Source: an uncultured Calditrichaceae bacterium
GTDB lineage: Bacteria; Calditrichota; Calditrichia; RBG-13-44-9; J075
Assembly: GCA_964522165.1 (NCBI GenBank)
Contig: CAZFVV010000003.1
Coordinates: 6,908 to 70,907, forward strand
Direction of reading: 5' to 3'
Length of the DNA stretch: 64,000 nucleotides
Position numbers and translations under genes: made by a program. Under the pieces are notes generated by a model, which saw only the letters and a list, made by a program, of their open reading frames with translations, was not told where the DNA came from and made no database searches. Each line of letters starts with the position of its first letter. Position 1 is the stretch's first letter. This document shows positions 10,066 to 19,674 of the stretch, in pieces.

Positions 10066-12804
10066 TCATGCAGCCTCACTGTGGCGCAGCCAGGCCTTTT
10101 CAACTTCAATCAGCAGCAGTATTGCTATGCCCAGCGCCACACATAACAGCAAGTCGCCGGCCCTGAGCGGCGTAATCTGGAAGAACTGATCGAGGAAGGG
10201 CACGTAGAGGACGATGAGCTGGAGTACGGCCGTTATCACCACCAGTCCTAACAGAACCGGATTAGACCATAGTCCCAGCGAAACAAAAGATTCCTGTGTC
10301 GAGCGAGAGGCCAACGCCTGTCCCATCTGCATAAAGGCCAGCGAGGTGAAAATCATCGTCTGCCAGCGATTGTTGGCCGGATTGTCAACATCGTAATACA
10401 GCGCCCCCACACCTAGCCCCAAGAAGCCAATCATCAGCCCAACCCAGATAACGTGCTGCGTCAGCCCGCCACTGAAGAGACTTTCCTGCGGCGCACGGGG
10501 CGGCCGTTTCATCGTTTGGGGTTCAGCCGGTTCTACGCCCAGCCCCAACCCCAGCAGGCCATCGGTGAGGAGGTTTAGCCATAACAACTGCAACGGAAGC
10601 AGGGCTACGTTGATGCCCACCACTGGTGCCAGCAGCATGACCAGCACCTTGCCTACGTTGCCCGCAATCGAAAACTTCACAAAGCGGCGAATGTTGTCGT
10701 AGATGGCTCGCCCTTCCTCCACCGCCGACACAATGGTGGCAAAGTTGTCGTCCAGCAGCACCATTTCTGACGCTTCCTTGGAAACGTCGGTGCCGGTAAT
10801 GCCCATCGCGATGCCGATGTCGGCTTTGCGCAGCGCCGGCGAGTCGTTGACGCCGTCGCCGGTCATGGCCACCACCTGATCCTGCGCCTGCAACGCTTCA
10901 ACGATGCGCAGCTTGTGCTCCGGCGTTACCCGGGCATAAACCGATACCTCGCGCACGATCACGGCCAGCTCTTCCGGCGACATGCGGCTCAAATCCTGCC
11001 CCGTTTTGACACGTATATTGTCGATGATGCCCAGGTCGTGGGCAATAAAGCGGGCTGTCAGAGGATGGTCGCCGGTGATCATGATGGGGCGAATACCTGC
11101 GGCTTTGCAGGTGGCCACGGCCATTTTTACTTCCGGTCGTGGTGGGTCAATCATCCCTGTCAAACCAATAAAGATAAGGTCATCTTCCACTGGCGCAGGG
11201 TCGGATTGCCAGCGCAGGGCCAATCCCAGCACTCGCATCCCGTTTTGTGCCATCCGGTCGTTAGCCAGGTCAATACGTTGTTGCCAGTGATCATCCATGG
11301 GAACGACCATACCATTCAGCCAGATAGCTCGGCAAAGCGGCAGCAGGCTGTCCACTGCTCCCTTGGTGAAGGCAACGAACGGGGTTGAGGCATCCGTTAG
11401 TGCGCGCAGGGCTACGGGCAGTTGAGCAGAGTGATCCGGCAAACGGTGGACCGTGGTCATGCGTTTACGGTCAGCGTCAAACGGCAATTCGGACACCCGC
11501 GGGGTCACAGCTTCCAACTCACTCTTGCGCAGGCCAGCCTCTGAGGCAGCCACCAGCAAGGCCCCTTCGGTGGGGTCGCCCAAGGCCAAATAGCGCCCGG
11601 TATGCGGGTCAGGGCGAAGGGAAGCATCGTTGCAGAGCGTCCCGGCGGCCAGCGCCAGTCCAATTTCCGGCGGCTGGCTGCCCAGAAAATCTGGACCGGC
11701 ATCCGGCAAACGGAGTACTACGGCAGGATGGCGCGCCGTTTCCTGCAGATCCAAGAAATGTCCGGCTACATCGATGACGGTGACCGTCATGCGATTTTCG
11801 GTAAGCGTGCCTGTTTTATCGGAGCAGATGGTGGTGACGGAGCCGAGGGTTTCCACGGCAGGCAGCTTGCGGATAAGCGCACGGCGGCGCAACATGCGCT
11901 GGGCGCCTAACGCGAGGGTAACGGTGACTACGGCAGGTAACCCTTCTGGTACCACTGCCACAGCTACGGAAACAGCCGTTAAAAACATCTCCTGTAGTGA
12001 CTCTCCATGCCAAAGCCCAATGACCATCACCAGTGCAGCTACGATGATACCACCAATAGCCAACAGCTTGCCTACCTGATCCAGTCGCTGTTGCAGGGGG
12101 GTCATGCCAGTTTCGACTGTTTGCAACAGGGTGGCGATTTTGCCCAACTCGGTGTTCATACCGGTGGCGGTTACCACGGCTGTACCGCGCCCGTAGGTAG
12201 CTACTGTGCCCATGTAAGCCATGTTGCGCCGGTCGCCAAGGCTCACATCCTCGCCGGGTAGGGGGTCCACATGCTTCTCTACCGGCTCCGACTCCCCGGT
12301 CAGCGCCGCTTCCTGGATGCGCAGGTTAACGCTCTCCACCAGCCGCATATCGGCGGGGATGGAGTTACCCGCCTCCAGCAGTACCACATCACCGGGCGCC
12401 AATTCCTTAGCCGGAAGTTCACGGAGTACGCCATCTCGGCGGGTACGCACCACCGGCACGGTCAGTCGCTTAAGGGCAGCCATCGCCCGCTCGGCTCGGT
12501 ACTCCTGCACAAAACCCAGCAAGGCAAAAAGCACAACAATAGCCGCAATAGCAGCCGTTTCCGTGACCTTGCCCAGAAACCCGGAAACCACGGCGGCAGC
12601 GATGAGGATCAGCACCATGTTGTTGGTGAACTGTGCCCACAACAGTCGTATAGGGGAGACGCCGCCCCGTTCTTGCAGTTCATTTGGGCCGTACTGGCTC
12701 CGGCGATTTGCTGCCTCGGCATCGCTCAAGCCAGTGTTCAAATCAACATCAAGCGCCTGGACAACATCTACTATGCTTGAAGTGTGCCAAATTATATGCG
12801 TCAT
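10066..12804 (-). CDS. P-type cation-transporting ATPase (type II, Ca2+/Mg2+-like)
   Basis: 912 aa; phosphorylation site [15 protein letters not shown]; [10 protein letters not shown]; hinge [24 protein letters not shown]; 10 TM segments. Confidence 0.9.
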   Translation of the reverse strand: MTHIIWHTSSIVDVVQALDVDLNTGLSDAEAANRRSQYGPNELQERGGVSPIRLLWAQFTNNMVLILIAAAVVSGFLGKVTETAAIAAIVVLFALLGFVQEYRAERAMAALKRLTVPVVRTRRDGVLRELPAKELAPGDVVLLEAGNSIPADMRLVESVNLRIQEAALTGESEPVEKHVDPLPGEDVSLGDRRNMAYMGTVATYGRGTAVVTATGMNTELGKIATLLQTVETGMTPLQQRLDQVGKLLAIGGIIVAALVMVIGLWHGESLQEMFLTAVSVAVAVVPEGLPAVVTVTLALGAQRMLRRRALIRKLPAVETLGSVTTICSDKTGTLTENRMTVTVIDVAGHFLDLQETARHPAVVLRLPDAGPDFLGSQPPEIGLALAAGTLCNDASLRPDPHTGRYLALGDPTEGALLVAASEAGLRKSELEAVTPRVSELPFDADRKRMTTVHRLPDHSAQLPVALRALTDASTPFVAFTKGAVDSLLPLCRAIWLNGMVVPMDDHWQQRIDLANDRMAQNGMRVLGLALRWQSDPAPVEDDLIFIGLTGMIDPPRPEVKMAVATCKAAGIRPIMITGDHPLTARFIAHDLGIIDNIRVKTGQDLSRMSPEELAVIVREVSVYARVTPEHKLRIVEALQAQDQVVAMTGDGVNDSPALRKADIGIAMGITGTDVSKEASEMVLLDDNFATIVSAVEEGRAIYDNIRRFVKFSIAGNVGKVLVMLLAPVVGINVALLPLQLLWLNLLTDGLLGLGLGVEPAEPQTMKRPPRAPQESLFSGGLTQHVIWVGLMIGFLGLGVGALYYDVDNPANNRWQTMIFTSLAFMQMGQALASRSTQESFVSLGLWSNPVLLGLVVITAVLQLIVLYVPFLDQFFQITPLRAGDLLLCVALGIAILLLIEVEKAWLRHSEAA

Positions 12805-13230
12805 ACGAATCCTTATGATAGGTGGTGCTATTCTACGGCGGGTTCACGACTGAGATATTTGATTTTCAAATCGCAGATAGACCTATTGAATTTGTGAATT
12901 TAGGTTTGGTTACCTCAAAGATTTGAGGTAATGAGGGGAGGAAGACGTTGATACAACCAGTTCCTATGAGTTCCGATGCCGCCCAACGCTATCTCTTGTG
13001 GCTGTTTTGATTCTAATTTTCTCTTGATATTCTCATCTGTCTTTATTTTCTCTTTGGTAATCATTATGCTCACCTCTTTTCCTGATTTATATAATTTCTT
13101 CAACCGTCGCGTTGTTTTACCACATTATGGATTTAGAACCAATCAGGCTTTTTCCCATAAATTTATCGTGAAATACCTGCGCCAAAAAGGTTAAAGAAGA
13201 AAATGCAGAACGACAAGGTTTCTCTACGCC

Positions 13231-13854
13231 TTACAGGCTCACCAGTTTCTCTTTGAACGCCTTGGCCACCGCTTCGGACTTGGAGTGAACCTCTAACTTG
13301 CGATAGATATTCTTGATATGCCGCCGCACCGTTTCCTCGCTGATAAATAGCTCATCGGCGATGGTTTTGTAACTCTGACCCTTGCACAAATGGGTCAGCA
13401 CTTCCGTTTCCCGCTGGGTCAGGGAGGTTTCCGGGGTAACCCGGAAAGATTCCACGACCAGCCGGGCGATGCGGGTGCTCATCGGCGCGCCGCCGTCGTA
13501 GCTTTCCCGGATGGCCTCCAGAAGCCGGGCCGGGGGCGTATCTTTCACCAGGTAGCCGCACGCCCCGGCGCAGAGCGCCTGGAACACCACCCGGTCATCG
13601 CTCTGGATGGTCAACACCAGGATGTCCAGCTCCGGCATTTTCTCTTTCAGGATTTTGATACCTTCGATGCCGGACATTCCCGGCAGGCCGATGTCCATCA
13701 ACACCACGTCGGGCGGATCTTTCAAAATACCTTTGATGCCTTTTTCGCAACTGGGATAGGCGCCGATACAGGCATAACCCGGGGTCCCGTTGATCAACAA
13801 GGCCAGGCTTTCCCGGATATCCGGGTCATCTTCAACGATTGAAACGGTGATCAT
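13231..13854 (-). CDS. NarL/FixJ-family response regulator (REC + LuxR HTH)
   Basis: 207 aa; REC domain with acidic pocket (VEDDPD...DIGLPGMSG); C-terminal LTQRETEVLTHLCKGQSYKTIADELFISEETVRRHIKNIYRKL. Confidence 0.85.
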   Translation of the reverse strand: MITVSIVEDDPDIRESLALLINGTPGYACIGAYPSCEKGIKGILKDPPDVVLMDIGLPGMSGIEGIKILKEKMPELDILVLTIQSDDRVVFQALCAGACGYLVKDTPPARLLEAIRESYDGGAPMSTRIARLVVESFRVTPETSLTQRETEVLTHLCKGQSYKTIADELFISEETVRRHIKNIYRKLEVHSKSEAVAKAFKEKLVSL

Positions 13855-13887
13855 ATTGTTTCCTTAATCCACGACATTTTGCATGGC

Positions 13888-14158
13888 TAGATTGTTAAAT
13901 GGTTAAATGGTTAAATGGCTGGTAGTCCTAAACGATAAACGCTCTTCCTCGGGGTAATATGTCATTCCCACGAAAGTCCCAAAGGGGCAAGTTGGGAATC
14001 CATAAGTGGTTTGAAAGCAGTAGATTCCTGCTTTTCCCGAAGGGAGCGCTTCGTGCCGCGGGAATGACCGCTTTAGGCTCGGATTTAATGAAAGCACTAT
14101 CTTTTTAGCACTACCAAATGGTTGCGTGGTGGTACGGCCATTTAACCATTCAACGCAG
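13888..14158. mobile_element. MITE-like element with imperfect terminal inverted repeats built on GGTTAAATGG units
   Basis: Left end ttgttaaatggttaaatggttaaatggctggtag; right end ctaccaaatggttg...ggccatttaaccatt (reverse complement). Nested internal inverted repeat gtcattcccacgaaag/cttcgtgccgcgggaatgac. Sits in the 333-bp gap between cognate HK and RR genes. Confidence 0.35.
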
Positions 14159-14187
14159 ATCATAATATACTGATTATAGAGCGCAAA

Positions 14188-17100
14188 TCAATTCCCTGTT
14201 TGGGGGATTTCTCCGCCAAAGCGGACGATGGTTCCCCCCTCGCGGTTGGGGAGGAGGTCGATGGCTCCGTGGAGCTTTTCGGCGCGAAAACGCATATTGT
14301 TCAGCCCGTTGCCCCGCGAGTACGCTTCCTCGTCCCCCTCGCCGGCGCCTGCGGCGGCCTTGAACAACGGCAGGCCGATGCCGTCGTCGGTCAGGGTAAT
14401 CTCTAAACGCAAGGCGGCGGAGATCGCCAGGGTAACGTTCCGGCAGCGCGAATGTTTGAGGGCGTTGTTCATCGCCTCTTTGAAAATAAGGGTGAGGTGC
14501 CGCCGCCAGTCCATAGAAAGGCGGATGGATTCCATCTCCCTGGTAAGCCCCTCCACCCGGAAGGCGATGCCGGTTTTATCGAATAGCTCGTCCCCGAAAT
14601 CTTTCAGGCGCACCGCCACTTCGTGCAGGGAATCTTTTTCCGGGTCCAGGGTCCAGATGAAATCCCGCATTCCCCCGGAAAGGGTTTTGGCGGTCTCCCC
14701 GATGCGGTTCAAATATTCGGTCAGCTCCGGGGGAGCGCCGTTGAGGCTGCGCTTCACAATTTCGCTGAAAAGGGAAATTTTGGTGAGCTTGTGCCCCAAT
14801 TCGTCGTGAAAATCATGGGCGGCTTTGGCGCGCACCCGCTCGTTCTCCTGCGCTCTCACCTGCTCGATCTCCCTCACGCGACGGAGTTTTTGCCGCAGCC
14901 GGAATTCGTGCAGGAATACAATTAAAAACAGCAGCGCCGCCGCGCAGGCCAGGTAGAACCACCAGGTTTTCCAAAACGGCGGTTCGATGATGAGCGTTAC
15001 CGCGGCTCCCACTTCGTTCCAAATCCCGTCATTATTGGCGCCTTTGACCCGGAAGGTGTATTTCCCGGGGTCCAGGTTGGTAAAACTGGCAAACCGGCGC
15101 GCGCCGCACTGAATCCACTCCTCGTTGAATCCCTCCAGCCGGTAGGCGTACTGGTTTTTACGCGGGTTGGTATAATCCAGCGCCGCAAATTCAAAGGTTA
15201 GATAATTTTCCCGGTAGGAAAGGTGAATGGGCAGGTTTTGAAATATCGCCCGGTTCAGCATCTCTGCGCGCGGCTGGTCGAAGATGGTCATAGAAGTGAG
15301 AATGACCGGGGGAACATAAAAATTATCCTTAATGCTATCCGGGAAGAAGGCGGTCATCCCATTCACCCCGCCGAAAAGCATTTCCCCGTTGCGGCGCAGG
15401 CAATAAGCGCCGGGATTGAACTCATTGCCTTGCAGGCCGTCGTACACGTCATAATTCTTGAAAGTGATTCCCGGGGAGTTGAATTCGCCGCCTCCCAGGA
15501 TCAGTTTAGACAGCCCTTTATTGGTGCTCAGCCATAAATTGCCCTGGCGGTCTTCCAGGATGCCGAAGATCATATTATTGGCCAACCCGTCGCGCTCGGA
15601 GAAGAAGGTAAACTGCTCCGTTGCGCGGTTGAATTGGTTCAGCCCTCCGCCGTAAGTACCGAACCAGAGATTGCCGGCTCTATCCTGGTAAATCGAAAGG
15701 ATCGCCGGGTTGTTCAAGCTGTGCGGATTATCGAATTCCCGCATGTAACGGATGAACTGCTCGTTCTTGCGGTCGAATTTGTTGAGTCCCCCGGCCCGGG
15801 TTCCGATCCACAAGGTTCGGCCCTGGCTGTAAGAATCTTCATAAATGGCCCAAACCTCGTTGTGGCTCAGGCTGTGAGGGTTATTGGCGTCGTGGCGGTA
15901 CTGGGTAAATTTCTCCGTAAAGCGGTCGAATTTATTCAAGCCGGTGTTGGTTCCGATCCATAACTGCCCGTATTGATCCTCGCTAATGGAGTTGATGCGG
16001 TCCCCGCTGATGCTGTTGGAAGAATGGGGATCATAGCGGTAATATTTGAATCGCCCGCTTCGCCGGTTCAGCAGGTTAAGCCCCCCGCCGCTCGTGCCCA
16101 CCCACACGTTGCCGGATTGATCCTGGTACAGGGCGGTAACGGCGTCGTTGCTTAAGCTATAAGGACGAGCCGGATTGTGCCGGAAATGCGAATATTGGTA
16201 CAGGGAGGGGTTGCGCGGGTCGCTTCTCAGTTTGTTCAGCCCTCCCCCGGCGGTTCCCACCCACAAACTCGCGGAATCATCTTCCATGATGGCCGTGACC
16301 ACCTTATCGCTCAGGCTCCGCGGGTTCCCGGGAACATGGGTATAGTGGCGAAAGTTCTGATTCCGCTGGTTGATTTTATTCAACCCTCCCCGCCCGGTGC
16401 CTACCCAGATAATACCGGAGCGGTCCTCGAAAACCGCCGTAACCAGGTTGTCGCTCAAACTTTGCGGATTGAGAGGGTCATTCCGATAGGAAATAAACCC
16501 GTTCGGCGGTTTGGAAGAACCTTGCCGGGCGGCCCCGGTTTCGGCAGGTTCCGGGTGATCGGGTTCGTAATACCGGCAGCTCAGCCCTCCCTCCGCCGTC
16601 CCGATCCAGAGGTTGTGGTTGCGATCCTCCAGCACGGCGTTGATTTTCCCGGAGGCGGGGTCCTTCCCCCCGGCAGGCTTATAATCTTCCGGCCGGTAGC
16701 GGATCACCCGCCCGGTTCGGGAATCCAGGCGATTCAGCCCGTTTGCGTATGTGATAATCCATAACGTCTCGCCCGGCCTGTCGCTGCCGGGGTAGATCGA
16801 CACGATGTAGCTGTGGTTCAAAGTGTTGGGATTCCGGGAATCGTGTTTATAAACCGTAAAATCTCCCGGTTTGGCGGTCGAATCCTGGCGCAGGCGGGCT
16901 AATCCGTCCGCGGTGCCGATCCACAAATTGCCCTCGCCATCCTCGTGAATGGCGGAAATCCAGTTGTGAGGCAGGGAATTCGGATTGCTCTTCTGCCGCA
17001 ATTTGCGGGCAAAACTCCTCGCCTCTTGTTCGGAGAGCAGGAACAATTGAATCCCCCATAAATCCGGGCGCTCCGGCGGCTCGGTAATCCACTGCCGGAA

Positions 17101-18276
17101 GGAGTGCTGCTCGTCGGAGCGGTAGCGCAGCTTGTACTGGCCGGGTTTGAGGTAGAGAACCTGCATTTCGATGCGGTTGCGCGCCGCCCCGCCTGAGTGC
17201 ACGGATTTTTCGTAATTCATTTTCCAGACAACTTCGTTTGGGCGAATTTTTTCGATCCAGCCGTAATCGCTCATTCCGTAAGCGTTGCCCTCTCCCACGG
17301 CTACCGCCAGCAGGTAGGCAGGGCGTTTGATCTCAAAATATTCCGTCTCGTCTTCAAAGTTCTGCAAATGCAGAATCGAGGCCAGGCGGCGATTGCGGTT
17401 GGCCAGGGAGTCCATGGTAGTAAATATTTCCGGGAGATAGGTGGGGTTGCGGGCGTAAAAACGCTCGAAGCGCAATCGCGGGGGTTCGGCGGGAGATTCG
17501 AGGGGGGGTGAAGAAACGTTTTTCTGGCCATCGACAAGCGTCTCCGCCGGTAACGCGGTTTTGTTGAGCCCCCCGCCCTCGGTGCCGATCCACAAATTCC
17601 CCTGCTGGTCCTCGTGCAGCACCCGGATGACGTTGCTGCTGAGGCTGAATGGATCCGCGGGGGAGGGGCGGTAATGGAAAAAACGCTCCTTTGCGTGGTC
17701 GAAAAGGTTCAGCCCCCCGCCGGCCGTTCCGATCCAGAAATTGCCCCGGCTGTCCTCTAACACTGCGGTGACGTTGTCGTCGCTCAGGCAATCGCGGTCC
17801 TGGGGATTGTGGCGGTAATGGCTAAATTTTTCTGTGGCCGGGTCAAAGCGGTTGATGCCCCCGCCGCTGGCGACTACCCACAAATAACCCAGCCGGTCTT
17901 CATAGATAGAGTAAATATAGTTCCCGGAGATGGACGTCGAATCCAGGGGATCGAAACGGTAGGTGCTGAAGCGGTAGCCGTCGTATTTATTCAACCCGTC
18001 GGAAGTTCCGATCCACAGCAGCCCGCGGTGATCCTGGTAAATCGTCGAAATATTGCTCTGGAACAGCCCCTGCTCAAAGGAGATGCGCTCGAATTTGATT
18101 TCCTGCCGGGCGAGCAAACCTGCGGCATATCCCCATAGCAGGCCGGCTAATATGATCGCAACCGTCGGCCTGTGTCCAAAACCATCCCCCTTTGAAAGGT
18201 GAAGAGTAAAAAATGGCTTGTGCAAAGCCCGGCCGACCGGTATTTTTTTGTTTGATAAGCGTTTTTTTAGATACAT
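14188..18276 (-). CDS. hybrid sensor histidine kinase with two-component-regulator beta-propeller (Reg_prop) repeats and Y_Y_Y domain, NarL-type (HisKA_3) kinase core
   Basis: 1362 aa; N-terminal TM; >15 repeats of the NxIxxIxxDxxGxLWIGTxxGLNxF type; TM; AHDFHDELGHKLTKISL (HisKA_3 H-box); HATPase_c at C-terminus; adjacent to the NarL-type RR. Confidence 0.8.
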   Translation of the reverse strand: MYLKKRLSNKKIPVGRALHKPFFTLHLSKGDGFGHRPTVAIILAGLLWGYAAGLLARQEIKFERISFEQGLFQSNISTIYQDHRGLLWIGTSDGLNKYDGYRFSTYRFDPLDSTSISGNYIYSIYEDRLGYLWVVASGGGINRFDPATEKFSHYRHNPQDRDCLSDDNVTAVLEDSRGNFWIGTAGGGLNLFDHAKERFFHYRPSPADPFSLSSNVIRVLHEDQQGNLWIGTEGGGLNKTALPAETLVDGQKNVSSPPLESPAEPPRLRFERFYARNPTYLPEIFTTMDSLANRNRRLASILHLQNFEDETEYFEIKRPAYLLAVAVGEGNAYGMSDYGWIEKIRPNEVVWKMNYEKSVHSGGAARNRIEMQVLYLKPGQYKLRYRSDEQHSFRQWITEPPERPDLWGIQLFLLSEQEARSFARKLRQKSNPNSLPHNWISAIHEDGEGNLWIGTADGLARLRQDSTAKPGDFTVYKHDSRNPNTLNHSYIVSIYPGSDRPGETLWIITYANGLNRLDSRTGRVIRYRPEDYKPAGGKDPASGKINAVLEDRNHNLWIGTAEGGLSCRYYEPDHPEPAETGAARQGSSKPPNGFISYRNDPLNPQSLSDNLVTAVFEDRSGIIWVGTGRGGLNKINQRNQNFRHYTHVPGNPRSLSDKVVTAIMEDDSASLWVGTAGGGLNKLRSDPRNPSLYQYSHFRHNPARPYSLSNDAVTALYQDQSGNVWVGTSGGGLNLLNRRSGRFKYYRYDPHSSNSISGDRINSISEDQYGQLWIGTNTGLNKFDRFTEKFTQYRHDANNPHSLSHNEVWAIYEDSYSQGRTLWIGTRAGGLNKFDRKNEQFIRYMREFDNPHSLNNPAILSIYQDRAGNLWFGTYGGGLNQFNRATEQFTFFSERDGLANNMIFGILEDRQGNLWLSTNKGLSKLILGGGEFNSPGITFKNYDVYDGLQGNEFNPGAYCLRRNGEMLFGGVNGMTAFFPDSIKDNFYVPPVILTSMTIFDQPRAEMLNRAIFQNLPIHLSYRENYLTFEFAALDYTNPRKNQYAYRLEGFNEEWIQCGARRFASFTNLDPGKYTFRVKGANNDGIWNEVGAAVTLIIEPPFWKTWWFYLACAAALLFLIVFLHEFRLRQKLRRVREIEQVRAQENERVRAKAAHDFHDELGHKLTKISLFSEIVKRSLNGAPPELTEYLNRIGETAKTLSGGMRDFIWTLDPEKDSLHEVAVRLKDFGDELFDKTGIAFRVEGLTREMESIRLSMDWRRHLTLIFKEAMNNALKHSRCRNVTLAISAALRLEITLTDDGIGLPLFKAAAGAGEGDEEAYSRGNGLNNMRFRAEKLHGAIDLLPNREGGTIVRFGGEIPQTGN

Positions 18277-18447
18277 ACAAGCGCAACCCGGTATGTTTGA
18301 AGCAACCGCTCATCGCGGTCGCTAAAGAGCATTCTGTGAACGGTGGTAATATAACGGAAAGAAATTCAAATGGGGAGTGAGAAATGGATATGAGTTGTTT
18401 ACCGCGTCGCCTGCCCTGAATATGAAAATCTGTTTGGAGGAAGCATT

Positions 18448-19563
18448 ATGCGGCAATTTTCGAAGTATGGAACCATTGTTGTGCTTGGGGTGGGAATCGC
18501 CTGGCTGAGCGGTTGTTCCCGGGAAAAAGACCCGCTTAGCAGCGACCCTCCCAAGCCCACGCCCCAGGACCTCGAATGGGTCAAAACCGCGGGGCCCAAT
18601 GCCGGGGGGGTGCTCTGCCTGGCGTTCGATTCCGTCGGGAACCTGTTTGCGGGCACGGACAGCGGGGTGTATAAATCCCCCGATAAAGGGCAGAACTGGG
18701 CGCCCTTTACCACCGGTTTGCCGGGGAACGCAGTTTATGCCCTCTCGGTTGACGCCAATGACCGGGTGTACGCCGGCCTCGACGCGAGCGGCCTCTTCCG
18801 TTCTCCCGCGAGCAGCGATAATTGGGTTAACGTCGGCCCGGTAAATCGCAGCGTTTGGGCAATCGCGCTCAACGCCGCGGGGCATATTTTCACCGCCACT
18901 TCCGCGGGGTTATACCGCTCCACCGACCAGGCCGCCACCTGGACCCCGGCCAACAACGGGCTGAGCGACTCCCTGGTGCTCTCCCTGGCTTTTGGAACTT
19001 CCGGGGAAATTTTCGCCGGGGGCAGTTTAAAGGGCGTTTTCCGTTCCAGCGACAACGGAAATAGCTGGTCGCAGACCGGGCTGCCTATCGGAGCCATTCT
19101 GGCGCTGGCGATTGACGGAGAGGGCAGGCTATTTGCGGGAACCCTGGGAGCGGGGTTATACTTTTCCACCAATCACGGAACCAGTTGGAGTTGGGCGCTC
19201 CCGGCAAACGGTTTCCATGCCACTGTGGTGTACGACGTCGCGGTCAACTCCGACGATTTTCTGTTTGCCTGCGGGCACGGGGATGGGGTGTATCGTTCGA
19301 CCGATCACGGGGTAAATTGGGAGGAGAAGAATGCTAACCTGACCTCCAAAATCGTCCGTTGCCTGGCGCTGGACCGCGATGAAAGGTTGTTCGCCGGCAG
19401 CGACAGCGGATTTGTGTATTACACTTCCAATCCCACCACCATCCAGCCGGGGAGTTACCCACCCCTTAATCCCCTCCCGGGAGGGGAAATAGGGGATAGT
19501 TACATTTCGCCTTTTATTAGCCGGCTTTTGTCGATAAATTGGGCGCGGTTTTGCAAAAAATGA
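18448..19563 (+). CDS. lipoprotein with BNR/Ycf48-like beta-propeller repeats
   Basis: 371 aa; lipobox LSGCS; about seven repeats of GLYRSxDxGxxWxP (BNR/Asp-box-like, SxDxGxTW). Confidence 0.6.
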   Translation: MRQFSKYGTIVVLGVGIAWLSGCSREKDPLSSDPPKPTPQDLEWVKTAGPNAGGVLCLAFDSVGNLFAGTDSGVYKSPDKGQNWAPFTTGLPGNAVYALSVDANDRVYAGLDASGLFRSPASSDNWVNVGPVNRSVWAIALNAAGHIFTATSAGLYRSTDQAATWTPANNGLSDSLVLSLAFGTSGEIFAGGSLKGVFRSSDNGNSWSQTGLPIGAILALAIDGEGRLFAGTLGAGLYFSTNHGTSWSWALPANGFHATVVYDVAVNSDDFLFACGHGDGVYRSTDHGVNWEEKNANLTSKIVRCLALDRDERLFAGSDSGFVYYTSNPTTIQPGSYPPLNPLPGGEIGDSYISPFISRLLSINWARFCKK

Positions 19564-19674
19564 TACCGGATGCCTAATGCCTGATACCGGATTCCGGATG
19601 CCAGGGGCCAGGTATCCGGCGTCCGGAATTCTCGGCTGTTAAAACTAAATCAATCGCTATACCCGGCAAAAGAA

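Noticed and set aside
12915-13194. Two small ORFs (62 and 72 aa) in the AT-rich island
   Set aside because: They are low-complexity, overlap on opposite strands, have no motif support and have atypical composition. They are probably non-coding.
19565-19674. Palindrome-rich stretch (gataccggattccggatgcc / ggtatccggcgtccggaattc) between the BNR lipoprotein gene and pcrA
   Set aside because: Imperfect and unique in the window. Probably an ordinary terminator or spacer. Insufficient evidence for anything more.
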